Positions 50,867 through 60,913 of a stretch of DNA of 64,000 nt are shown here, in pieces. This DNA comes from an uncultured Clostridia bacterium. GTDB lineage: Bacteria; Bacillota; Clostridia; TANB77; CAG-508. The translations under genes and the position numbers were made by a program. How positions within the stretch are numbered: position 1 is the stretch's first letter; each line of letters begins with the position of its first letter. The stretch spans positions 14,916 through 78,915 of the forward strand of contig CANQPE010000003.1 in the NCBI GenBank assembly GCA_947625645.1, in the 5' to 3' direction. The notes below the pieces were generated by a model. It was not told the origin of the DNA and did no database searches. It worked only from the letters and a program-made list of their open reading frames with translations.

Positions 50867-51448
50867 TTATTCGTCATCTATATCTGATTCTATTTCCACT
50901 GTTTTCTCTAAATCTTCTCTACTTTCTTCGTCAATTTCTTTTTGTTCTTCTTCGCTGTTTTGCTTTTCTACGTCTGAAGTTGCTTCAATTTCTGAATCGA
51001 TATATTCATCTGCTTCTGCATGTTCTTGTGATTCTGTTCCTGTCTCTTCTACCTGAGACAATAGCTCTACTTCTTTCACTGAGTCTTGTTGCTTTTCACC
51101 ACATTCTGGACAAAATTTTGCTTCTTTTTCTATTTGTGTATAACATTTTTGGCATTGTTTTTTATCCTTCAAATCCATGCATTCTTTTAGCATGTCTTCT
51201 ATTTCCGCACTTAAAACATCCACTTGTGTACATTCTTCTTCTAAATCTTTTTGGATATCTACTGCTTCCCCTCTAATATGCTTTTCATACACTTTTTTGC
51301 CAATTTCTTCATAGATATCATTAATCTGCCCTTTTAACTCACTCATCTTTAGCTTTAGTTTTGCCTCTTTTGCAATTTTCCCCGTTTTATCTGCCGTTAC
51401 CTTATACGCTTCACTTGCTTTCTTTCCTAATTTATCTAGAAAATCCAT
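50867..51448 (-). CDS. Coiled-coil protein with a central zinc ribbon and an acidic tail
   Basis: CQKCYTQIEKEAKFCPECGEKQ, a helical N-terminal part and a D/E-rich C-terminus. Confidence 0.6.
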   Translation of the reverse strand: MDFLDKLGKKASEAYKVTADKTGKIAKEAKLKLKMSELKGQINDIYEEIGKKVYEKHIRGEAVDIQKDLEEECTQVDVLSAEIEDMLKECMDLKDKKQCQKCYTQIEKEAKFCPECGEKQQDSVKEVELLSQVEETGTESQEHAEADEYIDSEIEATSDVEKQNSEEEQKEIDEESREDLEKTVEIESDIDDE

Positions 51449-51498
51449 TGCTAATTCCTCCTTTTTCTCTTATTTAGTATTACTACTTTTTTCTCATT

Positions 51499-52488
51499 TT
51501 ATTCCATTTCCATCTTCTTTTCTCTTGTCATTAGTTTTTCTACTGCAGCTTTAGCATCTAATTGATGGTATATCACTTCATATGCGGTGTCTATAATTGG
51601 TACTTCAATTTGATATTTTTTGCTCAAAGCATATGCAACGTCAATGTTATCAATGCTTTCTATTACCATTCCCACTTCTTGTTTTGCTTCTTCTAATGTT
51701 TTTCCTTGCCCAATCAATTTTCCTGCTTTTCTGTTTCTACTATGTTCACTTAAACATGTAACAATCAAATCACCTAATCCACTTAATCCATAAAATGTTT
51801 CTTTTCTTCCGCCAAGTGCAACACCTAGTCGTGAAAGCTCTTCTAATCCTCTTGTGATTAGTGCTGCAAATGTATTGTCTCCTAAGCCAACACCTGCAGC
51901 CACGCCGGCACAAAATGCAATAATATTTTTTAAGGCTCCTCCCAATTCTACACCTTTGACATCTGTTGATGTATAAATCCTCATATGAGAACACATAAAC
52001 GCTTCTCTTACTGTTTCTTGTACTTCCTCCTCCAAAGAAGCCACAACCAATACGGTGGGTATAGAAATAGACACTTCTTCTGCATGGCTTGGTCCAGATA
52101 AAACGCCAACTCTTGCCTCTGGCATTTCTTCTAAGATAACCTCATCTAATGTTTTCATGGTATCTTTTTCAAAACCTTTAGAGCAAATAATAATCGGTAT
52201 TGTTCCCACATATTGTTTATATTGTTTAAACGTATCTCTTGTAAATTTTGAAGGCGTTACATGCAAAATAAAATCTGCCCCTTGAATCACTTCCTCAAAA
52301 TTAGTTGAACAAGTAATATTTTCTGGTAACACCAAACCTGGTAAAAACTTACATTTTCTTTCTTGATTAATGAGATCCCTTTCTTCTTCTAAAAATGACC
52401 ATATTTTTATGGTATGCCCAATATTGGCTAAATGTGTTGCTAATGCCACACCCCAACTTCCACTTCCAATAATTGCAATCTGTTTCAT
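51499..52488 (-). CDS. gpsA: NAD(P)H-dependent glycerol-3-phosphate dehydrogenase
   Basis: IAIIGSGSWGVALA, LKNIIAFCAGV and GDLIVTC. Confidence 0.95.
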   Translation of the reverse strand: MKQIAIIGSGSWGVALATHLANIGHTIKIWSFLEEERDLINQERKCKFLPGLVLPENITCSTNFEEVIQGADFILHVTPSKFTRDTFKQYKQYVGTIPIIICSKGFEKDTMKTLDEVILEEMPEARVGVLSGPSHAEEVSISIPTVLVVASLEEEVQETVREAFMCSHMRIYTSTDVKGVELGGALKNIIAFCAGVAAGVGLGDNTFAALITRGLEELSRLGVALGGRKETFYGLSGLGDLIVTCLSEHSRNRKAGKLIGQGKTLEEAKQEVGMVIESIDNIDVAYALSKKYQIEVPIIDTAYEVIYHQLDAKAAVEKLMTREKKMEME

Positions 52489-52544
52489 CTTTTAAATTCT
52501 TCCTTTCTTTTGCTAAAATCTAATTAAAATACATGTTATCAACT

Positions 52545-53177
52545 TTATGTTTTTTTTAATGAAATTTTATTTTCCGTTCCATTCAACATCCTTTGAATAT
52601 TACTTCTGTGATTATACAATACAATAACCGCCAAAATAATACTATAAATAAAATAGCCACTTCCTTCTGAAACAATAAAGTTATCTCGGATAAATAGTGT
52701 CAAAACCGGGTAAAGCACTGCTGCAGCACATGAACCTAAAGACACCATTTGTGTCAATGCCATTAAAACAAGTGCAAACACCAAACAAATGAGACCAATT
52801 TGCCAGTTTGTCATTAATAAAATTCCCAAAGATGTTGCAACTCCTTTTCCACCTTTAAACCCAAAAAATATCGGAAAAGTGTGCCCCAACACAACAGCAA
52901 TTCCTGCAATTTGTACTAAAAGAGCTTTATTTTCTATGCCAGATACATTGCCAATTGCCATTGCCACTAAAATAGCAATCACGCCTTTTAAAATGTCACA
53001 AATCAATGTAATCAATGCTGCTTTTTTTCCTACCGAACGCAACATATTCGTTGTTCCTGCATTTCCACTTCCTTTTTCTCTGACATCAAATCCTGCCATC
53101 TTTTTACTAAAAATAACTGAAAAATTAATACTTCCAATTAAATAAGCAATCACTGCCATCACTATATTTATCACCAT
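52545..53177 (-). CDS. plsY: Glycerol-3-phosphate acyltransferase PlsY
   Basis: GSGNAGTTN and FKGGKGVAT. It is a 210-aa polytopic protein. Confidence 0.95.
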   Translation of the reverse strand: MVINIVMAVIAYLIGSINFSVIFSKKMAGFDVREKGSGNAGTTNMLRSVGKKAALITLICDILKGVIAILVAMAIGNVSGIENKALLVQIAGIAVVLGHTFPIFFGFKGGKGVATSLGILLMTNWQIGLICLVFALVLMALTQMVSLGSCAAAVLYPVLTLFIRDNFIVSEGSGYFIYSIILAVIVLYNHRSNIQRMLNGTENKISLKKT

Positions 53178-53194
53178 ATTTTCTTCATTCCTTT

Positions 53195-54529
53195 CTAAGG
53201 CTCAAATTCTTTCTCCATTTTTTCTCTTACAATAATTCTAACCGGCGTTCCCTGCAATCCAAATTCTTTACGAAATTGGTTAATCAAATATCTTTCATAC
53301 GAAAAATGAAATAATTGTTTTTGATTCACAAAAATCACAAAAGTTGGTGGTTTTGTAGAAGCTTGTGTTCCATAAAAGATTTTCAAACGCTTTCCCTTAT
53401 CTGTTGGTGGTTGTACAATTGCAATTGCCTCATTAATCACTTGGTTTAATGTTGAAGTAGAGACTCTCATCGCATTCTGCCTTGCTACTTCATTAATCAT
53501 CTCAAATAATTTTTCCACTCTTTGCCCTGTTTTTGCAGATATAAAAATCATAGGCGCATATGTTAAATATGCCAATTTTGCATATACTTGTTTTTTATAT
53601 GCTTCTAAGGTTCCCGTTCCTTTTTCTATTTCGTCCCATTTATTAATAACAATAATAATCCCTTTTCCTGCCTCATGTGCTTCTCCTGCCACTTTCGTAT
53701 CTTGCTCTGTCACACCTTCTTTAGCGTCTATCATCAGTAAACAGACATCTGCCCTTTCAACAGCAAGTAAACTCCTCATAACACTATATTTTTCAATCTT
53801 TTCATCTACTTTACTTTTTCTTCTAATTCCTGCCGTGTCAATAAAAGTATACTTCCCTTTCTCATTTTCAAATTGGCTATCAATGGCATCTCTTGTTGTC
53901 CCTGCCATATTGCTTACAATGCTTCTATTTTCTCCTAATATTTTATTGATTAACGAAGATTTCCCCACATTCGGTTTTCCAATGACAGCAACTTTAATTC
54001 TATCCTCTTCATTTTCTTCGGCATGTTTTTCAGGGAAATGTTCATAAACAGCATCCAAAACATCACCAATTCCAATAGCATGGCTAGCTGATACCGCATA
54101 AGGCTCTCCCACGCCTAGGTTATAAAACTCATATATTCCTTGCCTATCCTTTTCATAATTATCTGCTTTATTACATACTAAAACAATTGGCTTTTTGGAT
54201 TTCTTTAACAATAATGCAATCTCTGTATCTGCTGCCGTTACGCCTTGCCTAACATCAGTTAAAAAGATAATAACATCTGCCATTTCAATGGCCAAGTTTG
54301 CTTGCTCACGCATCTGCGATACAATCATATCTTCTGATTCTGGTTCTATTCCTCCTGTGTCAATTAAAGTAAAACTTCTCCCTCTCCAATTGGTCTCTGC
54401 ATAAATTCTATCTCTTGTAACACCTGGCGTATCCTCTACAATGGAAATTCTACTTCCAGCTAAATAATTAAAAAACGTAGATTTGCCCACATTTGGTTTT
54501 CCAATGATGGCTACAATCGGTTTTGACAT
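53195..54529 (-). CDS. der: Ribosome biogenesis GTPase Der (EngA)
   Basis: Two G domains (GKPNVGKSTFFN and GKPNVGKSSLIN) plus a KH-like C-terminus. Confidence 0.95.
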   Translation of the reverse strand: MSKPIVAIIGKPNVGKSTFFNYLAGSRISIVEDTPGVTRDRIYAETNWRGRSFTLIDTGGIEPESEDMIVSQMREQANLAIEMADVIIFLTDVRQGVTAADTEIALLLKKSKKPIVLVCNKADNYEKDRQGIYEFYNLGVGEPYAVSASHAIGIGDVLDAVYEHFPEKHAEENEEDRIKVAVIGKPNVGKSSLINKILGENRSIVSNMAGTTRDAIDSQFENEKGKYTFIDTAGIRRKSKVDEKIEKYSVMRSLLAVERADVCLLMIDAKEGVTEQDTKVAGEAHEAGKGIIIVINKWDEIEKGTGTLEAYKKQVYAKLAYLTYAPMIFISAKTGQRVEKLFEMINEVARQNAMRVSTSTLNQVINEAIAIVQPPTDKGKRLKIFYGTQASTKPPTFVIFVNQKQLFHFSYERYLINQFRKEFGLQGTPVRIIVREKMEKEFEP

Positions 54530-54633
54530 TTTAATTTTTCATTCCTTTCTGGCTCTGAATTCTTTGTATTTCTATTTTACTAAAAAAAGAAAAAAATAGC
54601 AAGTACATTTGCTATTTTTCATCTCATTGTTGT

Positions 54634-55353
54634 TCACTTTGTTGCAATATGTATATTTTCTATTTTTGCTTTTAATTCTCTTGCTAAAATATTCTGAATT
54701 TGTGAAATTTGCTCCTGCGTCAATTCATCTGCTCCAATAATAGCACTCACACTATCTCCATTTACAAAAATCACATTATTTATGAATCCCTTTGTTGCAA
54801 TTAAATTTTCTGCTATCATAATACTATTTTTCGTATTATTGATATTTTTTATCTCTTCTGCCGCACTTTGCTTTTGGGTTTCTAAAGAATTGATTCCATT
54901 CAACACTTTTTCATAAGTCTCTATCATTTGTGAATACATCGTATCTCTTTCTAACTTTGATTTTGTAAAATATTCATCATTTGTTGCCACCGTTGTAGCC
55001 GTTGTTTTTGTGTCTTCTTGTGTTTGCGTATCTTGCATCGTATCTGGTGTCTTCACTGTATTCGTTATATTCCCCGTATTTGTTGTATTTCCTGTATTTG
55101 TTGCATCCATTGCAGCCTCCTCTATTCCTTCACTTGTTGCATTAATCATATTTTCTGTTTCTGCTAGATTACTGCTTACAAGTTGTGCATCCCCTATATT
55201 TTTCGTTCCATTCATTTCATCAACACTGGTACTTGTCTGAATCGTGCTATTGACATCATGATCCAAACTTGTATAGTTTAAATAGCCTGCTACCACTAAC
55301 ATTAAAGCAATCACATAAAGTAACATTTGATTTTTTTTCAAAAAACTCATCAT
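54634..55353 (-). CDS. spoIIIAH: Stage III sporulation protein AH
   Basis: N-terminal TM helix, a T/N-rich linker, then YFTKSKLERDTMYSQMIETYEKVL and ENLIATKGF. The ATG at 55353 follows AAGGAGAG. Confidence 0.75.
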   Translation of the reverse strand: MMSFLKKNQMLLYVIALMLVVAGYLNYTSLDHDVNSTIQTSTSVDEMNGTKNIGDAQLVSSNLAETENMINATSEGIEEAAMDATNTGNTTNTGNITNTVKTPDTMQDTQTQEDTKTTATTVATNDEYFTKSKLERDTMYSQMIETYEKVLNGINSLETQKQSAAEEIKNINNTKNSIMIAENLIATKGFINNVIFVNGDSVSAIIGADELTQEQISQIQNILARELKAKIENIHIATK

Positions 55354-55368
55354 TTTCTCTCCTTTCTT

Positions 55369-55431
55369 GGACAATTAGGGACGGTTCTTTTTTGTCCATT
55401 AGGGACAAAAAAGAACCGTCCCTAATTGTCC
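55369..55431. repeat. Palindromic element, copy J, inside the spoIIIA operon (AG/AH junction)
   Basis: Sequence: ggacaattagggacggttcttttttgtcc-atta-gggacaaaaaagaaccgtccctaattgtcc. It lies 2 nt after the spoIIIAG stop. Confidence 0.95.
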
Positions 55432-55433
55432 CC

Positions 55434-56039
55434 CTATTGCATTTCAAAAACCTGTATTTTGTGAGTTGCCAACCCTGTTGCAGCTTCTACTGCTTGTATA
55501 ATGCTTGTCTTGATTTCTATATTATTGGCTCCCCTTGCTGTAATAATAGCTCCTTCTATTTTGGGTTCTATCACTTTTTTGGTCATTGGTGTTTTGATGC
55601 CATCGCTTTCTTGATATATAATATCTTTTTGGGTATCTGTTTCTTCAATTTTTCTAACACCTCCTGACGTGTCTGTTTCTTCTGTTGTGCTACTTTTTGA
55701 ATTTTCATTGTACATAGCCACCACTTCACTCGATTCTGAATAATTAATAAAAACTTTTACCTCTCCTACGCCTTGTATGTTGGCTAAAATACTTTCTAAC
55801 TTTTCTGATAAAGAAGCTGTATTCATGTCTATTGTTGTATTTGCATCAGCTAATGTTTTTCCATCTTCAAATTGGTTTCCTTCATCATGATTGGTATGAG
55901 AATTATCTTTCCAAATTAAATTAATCGCAACAATTGTAATAATTAAAACTACCACAAAAAACACCAAATTTTCAATTTTCTTTTTGGAATTTCCTTCATC
56001 ATTGCTTCCAAACAACTTGTTTAATTGATTTTTAAACAT
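55434..56039 (-). CDS. spoIIIAG: Stage III sporulation protein AG
   Basis: 201 aa with an N-terminal TM helix and C-terminal GVGEVKVFINYSES...PKIEGAIITARGA. Operon position supports the call. Confidence 0.8.
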   Translation of the reverse strand: MFKNQLNKLFGSNDEGNSKKKIENLVFFVVVLIITIVAINLIWKDNSHTNHDEGNQFEDGKTLADANTTIDMNTASLSEKLESILANIQGVGEVKVFINYSESSEVVAMYNENSKSSTTEETDTSGGVRKIEETDTQKDIIYQESDGIKTPMTKKVIEPKIEGAIITARGANNIEIKTSIIQAVEAATGLATHKIQVFEMQ

Positions 56040-56623
56040 GTTTCACTCACCTCATACTCTTCCATTAACATTTTTTTCACTTGATTGATATCTGCCGGGC
56101 TTAAGTCACTTGTCTGTTCGTTTTGACTGTTTTGACCAATTTTTATCTTTTTAATTTTCTGAATTTCCTCTACTAATGTATTTTCTACATTTTTCTCCTG
56201 TTTCTCTTGTTGATTTTGCTCATTTTTTGAAATGTGTAGCACAATGTTTTGAATCTTGGTCACTTCTCCCACCACCAACTCTACTTGGCATTCCTCTACG
56301 CTAAACCCCAACAGTTGCACTTTTTTCGTAACATCTTTTTCCAATTCTTCTTCCCCTATTTTTTTTAACCTTTGATCCATAGAAGTTTGGTCTACTGGCT
56401 CCGTTGTAGCAATTTGGCTCTTCGTATTTTCAACAATTTCATTGACATCAAGAAATATATCTTTTCCCACCAGTGGTGATAGGATATTAAACAAGATATA
56501 TATTCCCATTACCACTTTCATATATTGTTTCATTTTTTGATTTGGCAATAACATTTCAAATAGAGAAACCACCACAACCGCTAATGTAATATTTTTTGCC
56601 CACATACTAATACTTTCTATCAT
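56021..56623 (-). CDS. spoIIIAF: Stage III sporulation protein AF
   Basis: Two N-terminal TM helices (WAKNITLAVVVVSLFEMLLP). Operon position supports the call. Confidence 0.75.
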   Translation of the reverse strand: MIESISMWAKNITLAVVVVSLFEMLLPNQKMKQYMKVVMGIYILFNILSPLVGKDIFLDVNEIVENTKSQIATTEPVDQTSMDQRLKKIGEEELEKDVTKKVQLLGFSVEECQVELVVGEVTKIQNIVLHISKNEQNQQEKQEKNVENTLVEEIQKIKKIKIGQNSQNEQTSDLSPADINQVKKMLMEEYEVSETCLKIN

Positions 56624-56633
56624 AAGGACTCCT

Positions 56634-57788
56634 TTATCGATACATCATTCCACTATTCGATATTTTTATCACAAGCGTTGTTGCAATAATTACCATCATA
56701 GAAATAGAACACAAAATAGCAAGTAATACTTTAAAAATGGTACTAATCTGCTCTAATAACTTTACAATTTTAGGATCAGCAATGGGTTCACATACACCTG
56801 CTAAAAGTCTATAGCACGTCATTAAAATTCCAATTTTTAAAATTGGCAAAATGCAAACGCCTATGATAATAACTACTCCAATCACGCCAACTGCATTTTT
56901 TAGAATCACACCACACCCTAAAACAGAATCTACCACATCTCCTAGAATTTTCCCTACCACCGGAATACTTGTACTAACAATCGCCTTAGTTGTTTTCGCT
57001 GTAATCCCATCCACGCTACTTGACAGCGTTCCTTCCAAAGAAACAACCCCAACAAATATGGTAAGTATAATGCCTAATACCAATACAATTCCAGAATGAA
57101 AGGTTTTAGCAAGTTTATCAATTTGAACCTTGTCCCCAATTTTAGATACAATGCTCAGCGTTGCTGCCACCAGTGTCAACGGAATCAGAATGGTTTGTAT
57201 CAAATTTCCAATAAAATGAATCATAAACAAAATAATAGGCTCCAGAACACTACTCGTCGTAATACTTCCGGTATATAACATTAAAGCCATTAAAATTGGT
57301 ACCAATGAATTCATAACCCCTACTAAGTTGCTACTCGTCTCTTTTACCAATTGAATCATGTCTGAAAAATTTGTCATAATCACAGTTACTATGGCAATAT
57401 ATTGTACATAATAAATAATATTTGCAATGGTATCATTTTCTAAATTATCGCTAATGGCTTTCAGCAAACTATGAATCAACACAATGATTAAAATGCTAAC
57501 TAAACTTTTGATTCCATTTTGGACTTCTGTCCCTAATAAATTTAAAATTCTTGTATATATTTGTCCATTATCAATTTTCCCCTTTAAGGCAGACTGAAAC
57601 ATGCCATCAATATCCACACCTTCAAAAAAACTACCTGTATACTTTTTTGTATTCTCAATAAAACTCGCTATTCCAAATGTTTCTTGCTGTTCTTGCAGCA
57701 ACTCTTCTTCTGTACTCTTTGCCAATACAGGATATGTACACCCTAACGTAGAAACCACAATCATGATGATAAATACTATCTTTTTCAC
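56634..57788 (-). CDS. spoIIIAE: Stage III sporulation protein AE
   Basis: 384 aa with a signal peptide and a polytopic C-terminal half. Operon position supports the call. Confidence 0.85.
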   Translation of the reverse strand: MKKIVFIIMIVVSTLGCTYPVLAKSTEEELLQEQQETFGIASFIENTKKYTGSFFEGVDIDGMFQSALKGKIDNGQIYTRILNLLGTEVQNGIKSLVSILIIVLIHSLLKAISDNLENDTIANIIYYVQYIAIVTVIMTNFSDMIQLVKETSSNLVGVMNSLVPILMALMLYTGSITTSSVLEPIILFMIHFIGNLIQTILIPLTLVAATLSIVSKIGDKVQIDKLAKTFHSGIVLVLGIILTIFVGVVSLEGTLSSSVDGITAKTTKAIVSTSIPVVGKILGDVVDSVLGCGVILKNAVGVIGVVIIIGVCILPILKIGILMTCYRLLAGVCEPIADPKIVKLLEQISTIFKVLLAILCSISMMVIIATTLVIKISNSGMMYR

Positions 57789-57807
57789 ATTCGTATCCCC
57801 TCCCCTT

Positions 57808-58194
57808 TTATGGTAAAATTTTCAAAATTACTTCTAATAACTTTGAAATAATAGGAATTGACATAGATATAATAATAATTTTAGTCCCTATTTCAATCTT
57901 ATTTGCCACTGCACTTTCTCCGGAATCTTTACAAATGCTAATCGCAAATTCTGATAAAAATGCAATTCCTGTAATTTTTAATAAAATGCTAATGAACTGG
58001 TTATTAATATTTGCCTGGTTTGCAATAGATTGAATCAACTGTATAATGCCAGACAACCTGTCCATCACCAATAAAAAAATCAACATTCCTGTTAGCAAAC
58101 TAATATATATGGCAAACTCTGGTTTATACTGCTTTAGCAAAATAATGATAATCAAACCCAAAAGTGCAATAGCAACAATTCTAACAACTTCCAT
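57808..58194 (-). CDS. spoIIIAD: Stage III sporulation protein AD
   Basis: MEVVRIVAIALLGLIIIILLKQYKPEFAIYISL. The ATG at 58194 follows GAAGGAGAA. Confidence 0.85.
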   Translation of the reverse strand: MEVVRIVAIALLGLIIIILLKQYKPEFAIYISLLTGMLIFLLVMDRLSGIIQLIQSIANQANINNQFISILLKITGIAFLSEFAISICKDSGESAVANKIEIGTKIIIISMSIPIISKLLEVILKILP

Positions 58195-58214
58195 TTTTTC
58201 TCCTTCGCCGGACA

Positions 58215-58279
58215 GGGACAATTAGGGACGTTTCTTTTTTGTCCATCAGGGACAAAAAAGAAACGTCCCTAATTGTCCC
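58215..58279. repeat. Palindromic element, copy K, inside the spoIIIA operon (AC/AD junction)
   Basis: Sequence: gggacaattagggacgtttcttttttgtcc-atca-gggacaaaaaagaaacgtccctaattgtccc. It lies 3 nt after the spoIIIAC stop. Confidence 0.95.
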
Positions 58280-58282
58280 TCC

Positions 58283-58477
58283 CTATAAATTAAACAGTGT
58301 TCTAACTGTGTCAAAAAGTCCGCTAATTTCTCGAATTACCATAGATAGTACAATGACCAAACCTGCAAGCGTTGTCATCATTGCTTGGTCCTCGCGCCCT
58401 GCTCTGACCAACACTTGATGCAATACAGCCACTAAAATTCCTATGGCTGCTATTTTAAATAATAAATTAATATCCAT
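58283..58477 (-). CDS. spoIIIAC: Stage III sporulation protein AC
   Basis: 64 aa: MDINLLFKIAAIGILVAVLHQVLVRAGREDQAMMTTLAGLVIVL. Confidence 0.9.
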   Translation of the reverse strand: MDINLLFKIAAIGILVAVLHQVLVRAGREDQAMMTTLAGLVIVLSMVIREISGLFDTVRTLFNL

Positions 58478-58510
58478 TTTACTATCCTTCCTTTCTTAGG
58501 CACAACTATT

Positions 58511-59023
58511 TTAGATTAATATCACTACAATCCCTAACCCAATAATCGTGCCTAATTTTTGGTATAATTTTTCATTTTTTTGCTTTTCCACTCGTGCTTG
58601 TTGAATTTGCGTCTCTAAAAACTCTTGTGTCAGCTCAATTTGACTGATTTGTCCTTCTATATCTGATGCCCCAAGTGATTTTGATAAATTTTTTAAACTT
58701 TCCAGATCCTCTTGCTTCATATTGGTCTGTGTATTTTCTAACGCATACTGCCATGCTTCACTTGCACATTTTGTTTCTAACGCTTGCTTTGCCCTTTGGA
58801 AAACATTTGCTATATTGGTCTTGGTCGTTTGCACCGCAATCTCTTCAAAAATTTCTCCAATTGGTGCATAGGTAAATTTCATTTTTGTTTTTAATGTATT
58901 CAATGCTTGTTTCATTTCTTCTAATTCCATCAATCGAAATTGATACTTTTGCGAAATGGTTCTTCCTATCAAATTGGTCGCAATCAATATGAAAAATAAC
59001 ATCACATATTTAATAATTTGCAT
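58511..59023 (-). CDS. spoIIIAB: Stage III sporulation protein AB
   Basis: 170 aa with TM helices at both ends. Operon position supports the call. Confidence 0.8.
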   Translation of the reverse strand: MQIIKYVMLFFILIATNLIGRTISQKYQFRLMELEEMKQALNTLKTKMKFTYAPIGEIFEEIAVQTTKTNIANVFQRAKQALETKCASEAWQYALENTQTNMKQEDLESLKNLSKSLGASDIEGQISQIELTQEFLETQIQQARVEKQKNEKLYQKLGTIIGLGIVVILI

Positions 59024-59026
59024 ATG

Positions 59027-59905
59027 TCATCCATCCCTTTTTAAAAATATGATTTTCTCCACCCAATGTTGCTCAATCAAGTCGCAAACATCCACATTTC
59101 CTTTCACATCTTTCATGTCTGCTCCATGCATGGTAAAAATCCCTTTTACTCCAGAGCACAAAGCATATTTGATGGCCAATACATCCTGTTTGGTTCCAAT
59201 CTCATCACAAGCAATGACTTCCGGTCCCATGGAACGAATTAACATTTGCATTCCCTGTGCCTTTGACACATTTTCAATCACATCTGTACGAATCCCCACA
59301 TCATTTTGTGGAACCCCTTTATACACAGCGGCAATTTCTCCCCTCTCATCTACAACGCCACAAGTTTTCCCACGAAAATGAATCTCTGGAATTCCATTAC
59401 TAACTATTCTAATTAAATCACGTAGCATCGTTGTTTTCCCTTGTCCCGGTGGGGATACAATTAACGTTGTAAAAATAGTATGATGTTCTCTGTCAATTAC
59501 ATCATTCAAAATCTTGCTACTGCAACCTTTGACTTCTCTAGCAATTCTAAAATTTAGGCTAGAAACATTTTTTACATGAATCACATTCCCTTTTTCTACA
59601 ACACAAGTCCCTGTTATTCCTACCCTATGCCCTCCAAAAATAGTAATATACCCTTGGCAAATTTGGTTTTGATATGCATAAATTGAATTCTCACACAATT
59701 TTTCTAATATGTACAACATCTCTGCTTCTGTGACAGCATATTGAATAACGATATCTAATTCTCTTAGTTTGATTAAAATTGGTCGATTGGTACGAATGCG
59801 AATCTCTATTGCATTTTCTTCTACTTTAGCATGTGGATTTTGTTTGATTGTTTCTAATATGAGCATGCCAATATTGTTTGGAAAATATTTTAAAATATCC
59901 TTCAC
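59027..59905 (-). CDS. spoIIIAA: Stage III sporulation protein AA (ATPase)
   Basis: Walker A SPPGQGKTTMLRD and Walker B VIACDEIG. Confidence 0.9.
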   Translation of the reverse strand: MKDILKYFPNNIGMLILETIKQNPHAKVEENAIEIRIRTNRPILIKLRELDIVIQYAVTEAEMLYILEKLCENSIYAYQNQICQGYITIFGGHRVGITGTCVVEKGNVIHVKNVSSLNFRIAREVKGCSSKILNDVIDREHHTIFTTLIVSPPGQGKTTMLRDLIRIVSNGIPEIHFRGKTCGVVDERGEIAAVYKGVPQNDVGIRTDVIENVSKAQGMQMLIRSMGPEVIACDEIGTKQDVLAIKYALCSGVKGIFTMHGADMKDVKGNVDVCDLIEQHWVEKIIFLKRDG

Positions 59906-59960
59906 GATTCGCTCTATCCCTTTCTGTATAGCTTGTCTATGATTTTTATATTCTATTTAA

Positions 59961-60010
59961 ATACAAAAATAAAGACATATCCTATATCTCTATATTATAT
60001 GCCTTTATTT
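59961..60010 (-). terminator. Rho-independent terminator after yebC
   Basis: The minus strand reads aaataaaggcatat...atatgtctttattt followed by tttg. Confidence 0.6.
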
Positions 60011-60026
60011 TTATTTTAGAACTATT

Positions 60027-60752
60027 TTATTCTTCCCAATTATGATATACATTTGATACATCATCTAATTCATCTAGTCTCTCAATTAATCGTTCCATTT
60101 TTTCTGCACCTTTTTCATCAAGTGCCACTGTTGTTGTAGGTACCATTTGCACAGAGGCTTCCACAAACGTAAATCCTTCTTGTTCTAATTTTTCTCTTAC
60201 ATTAGAAAATTCTGATGGCTCTGTTGTAATCTCATAAATTTCTTCATCTGCCACAAAATCTTCTGCCCCCGCTTCTAAAGCCATCATCATCATTTCATCT
60301 TCTTCTTTGTCAGTAGAAGCCTTTTCAATGACAATCACACCTTTTTTATGAAACATATATGAAACGCACCCAGTCGTTCCCAAATTTCCTCCCGCTTTGT
60401 CAAATACATGTCTGACATCAGCAGCTGTTCTGTTTTTATTATCTGTTGCCGCTTCTACAATAACCGCAACACCATTTGGTCCATACCCTTCATACGTAAT
60501 TTCCTCATAATTGCTACTATTTCCTGCTCCTGATGCTTTTTTTATGGCATTATTAATTGTATCATTTGGCATATTGGCTGCCTTACACTTTGCAATCACA
60601 TCTTTTAATTTTGAATTCCCTGCTGGGTCTGGTCCACCTTGCTTTACTGCAATTAAAATCTCTCTTCCTAATTTTGTAAATGCCTTTCCTCTTGCAGCAT
60701 CCGTTTTACCTTTCTTTGCTTGAATATTGGCCCACTTTGAATGTCCTGACAT
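60027..60752 (-). CDS. yebC: YebC/PmpR-family DNA-binding transcriptional regulator
   Basis: [32 protein letters not shown]. Confidence 0.95.
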   Translation of the reverse strand: MSGHSKWANIQAKKGKTDAARGKAFTKLGREILIAVKQGGPDPAGNSKLKDVIAKCKAANMPNDTINNAIKKASGAGNSSNYEEITYEGYGPNGVAVIVEAATDNKNRTAADVRHVFDKAGGNLGTTGCVSYMFHKKGVIVIEKASTDKEEDEMMMMALEAGAEDFVADEEIYEITTEPSEFSNVREKLEQEGFTFVEASVQMVPTTTVALDEKGAEKMERLIERLDELDDVSNVYHNWEE

Positions 60753-60913
60753 ACATAATTCCTCCTTTTTATTTTCTTACCGTCATTCTTGTTCAAATTT
60801 TACACATTTAACTAGTATTATCTTATCACACTTTTTTCTATTTGTGTAGGGGTATTGCAAATTTTTTTCACATTCCTTCCTAAGACATAAGTTTAGTTGA
60901 AAAAAACTTCAAT

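Noticed and set aside
59906-60026. A sigma-E/G sporulation promoter upstream of spoIIIAA
   Set aside because: I could not find a convincing match to sporulation-sigma -35/-10 consensus by eye, and most of the interval is the yebC terminator hairpin. It was left unannotated.
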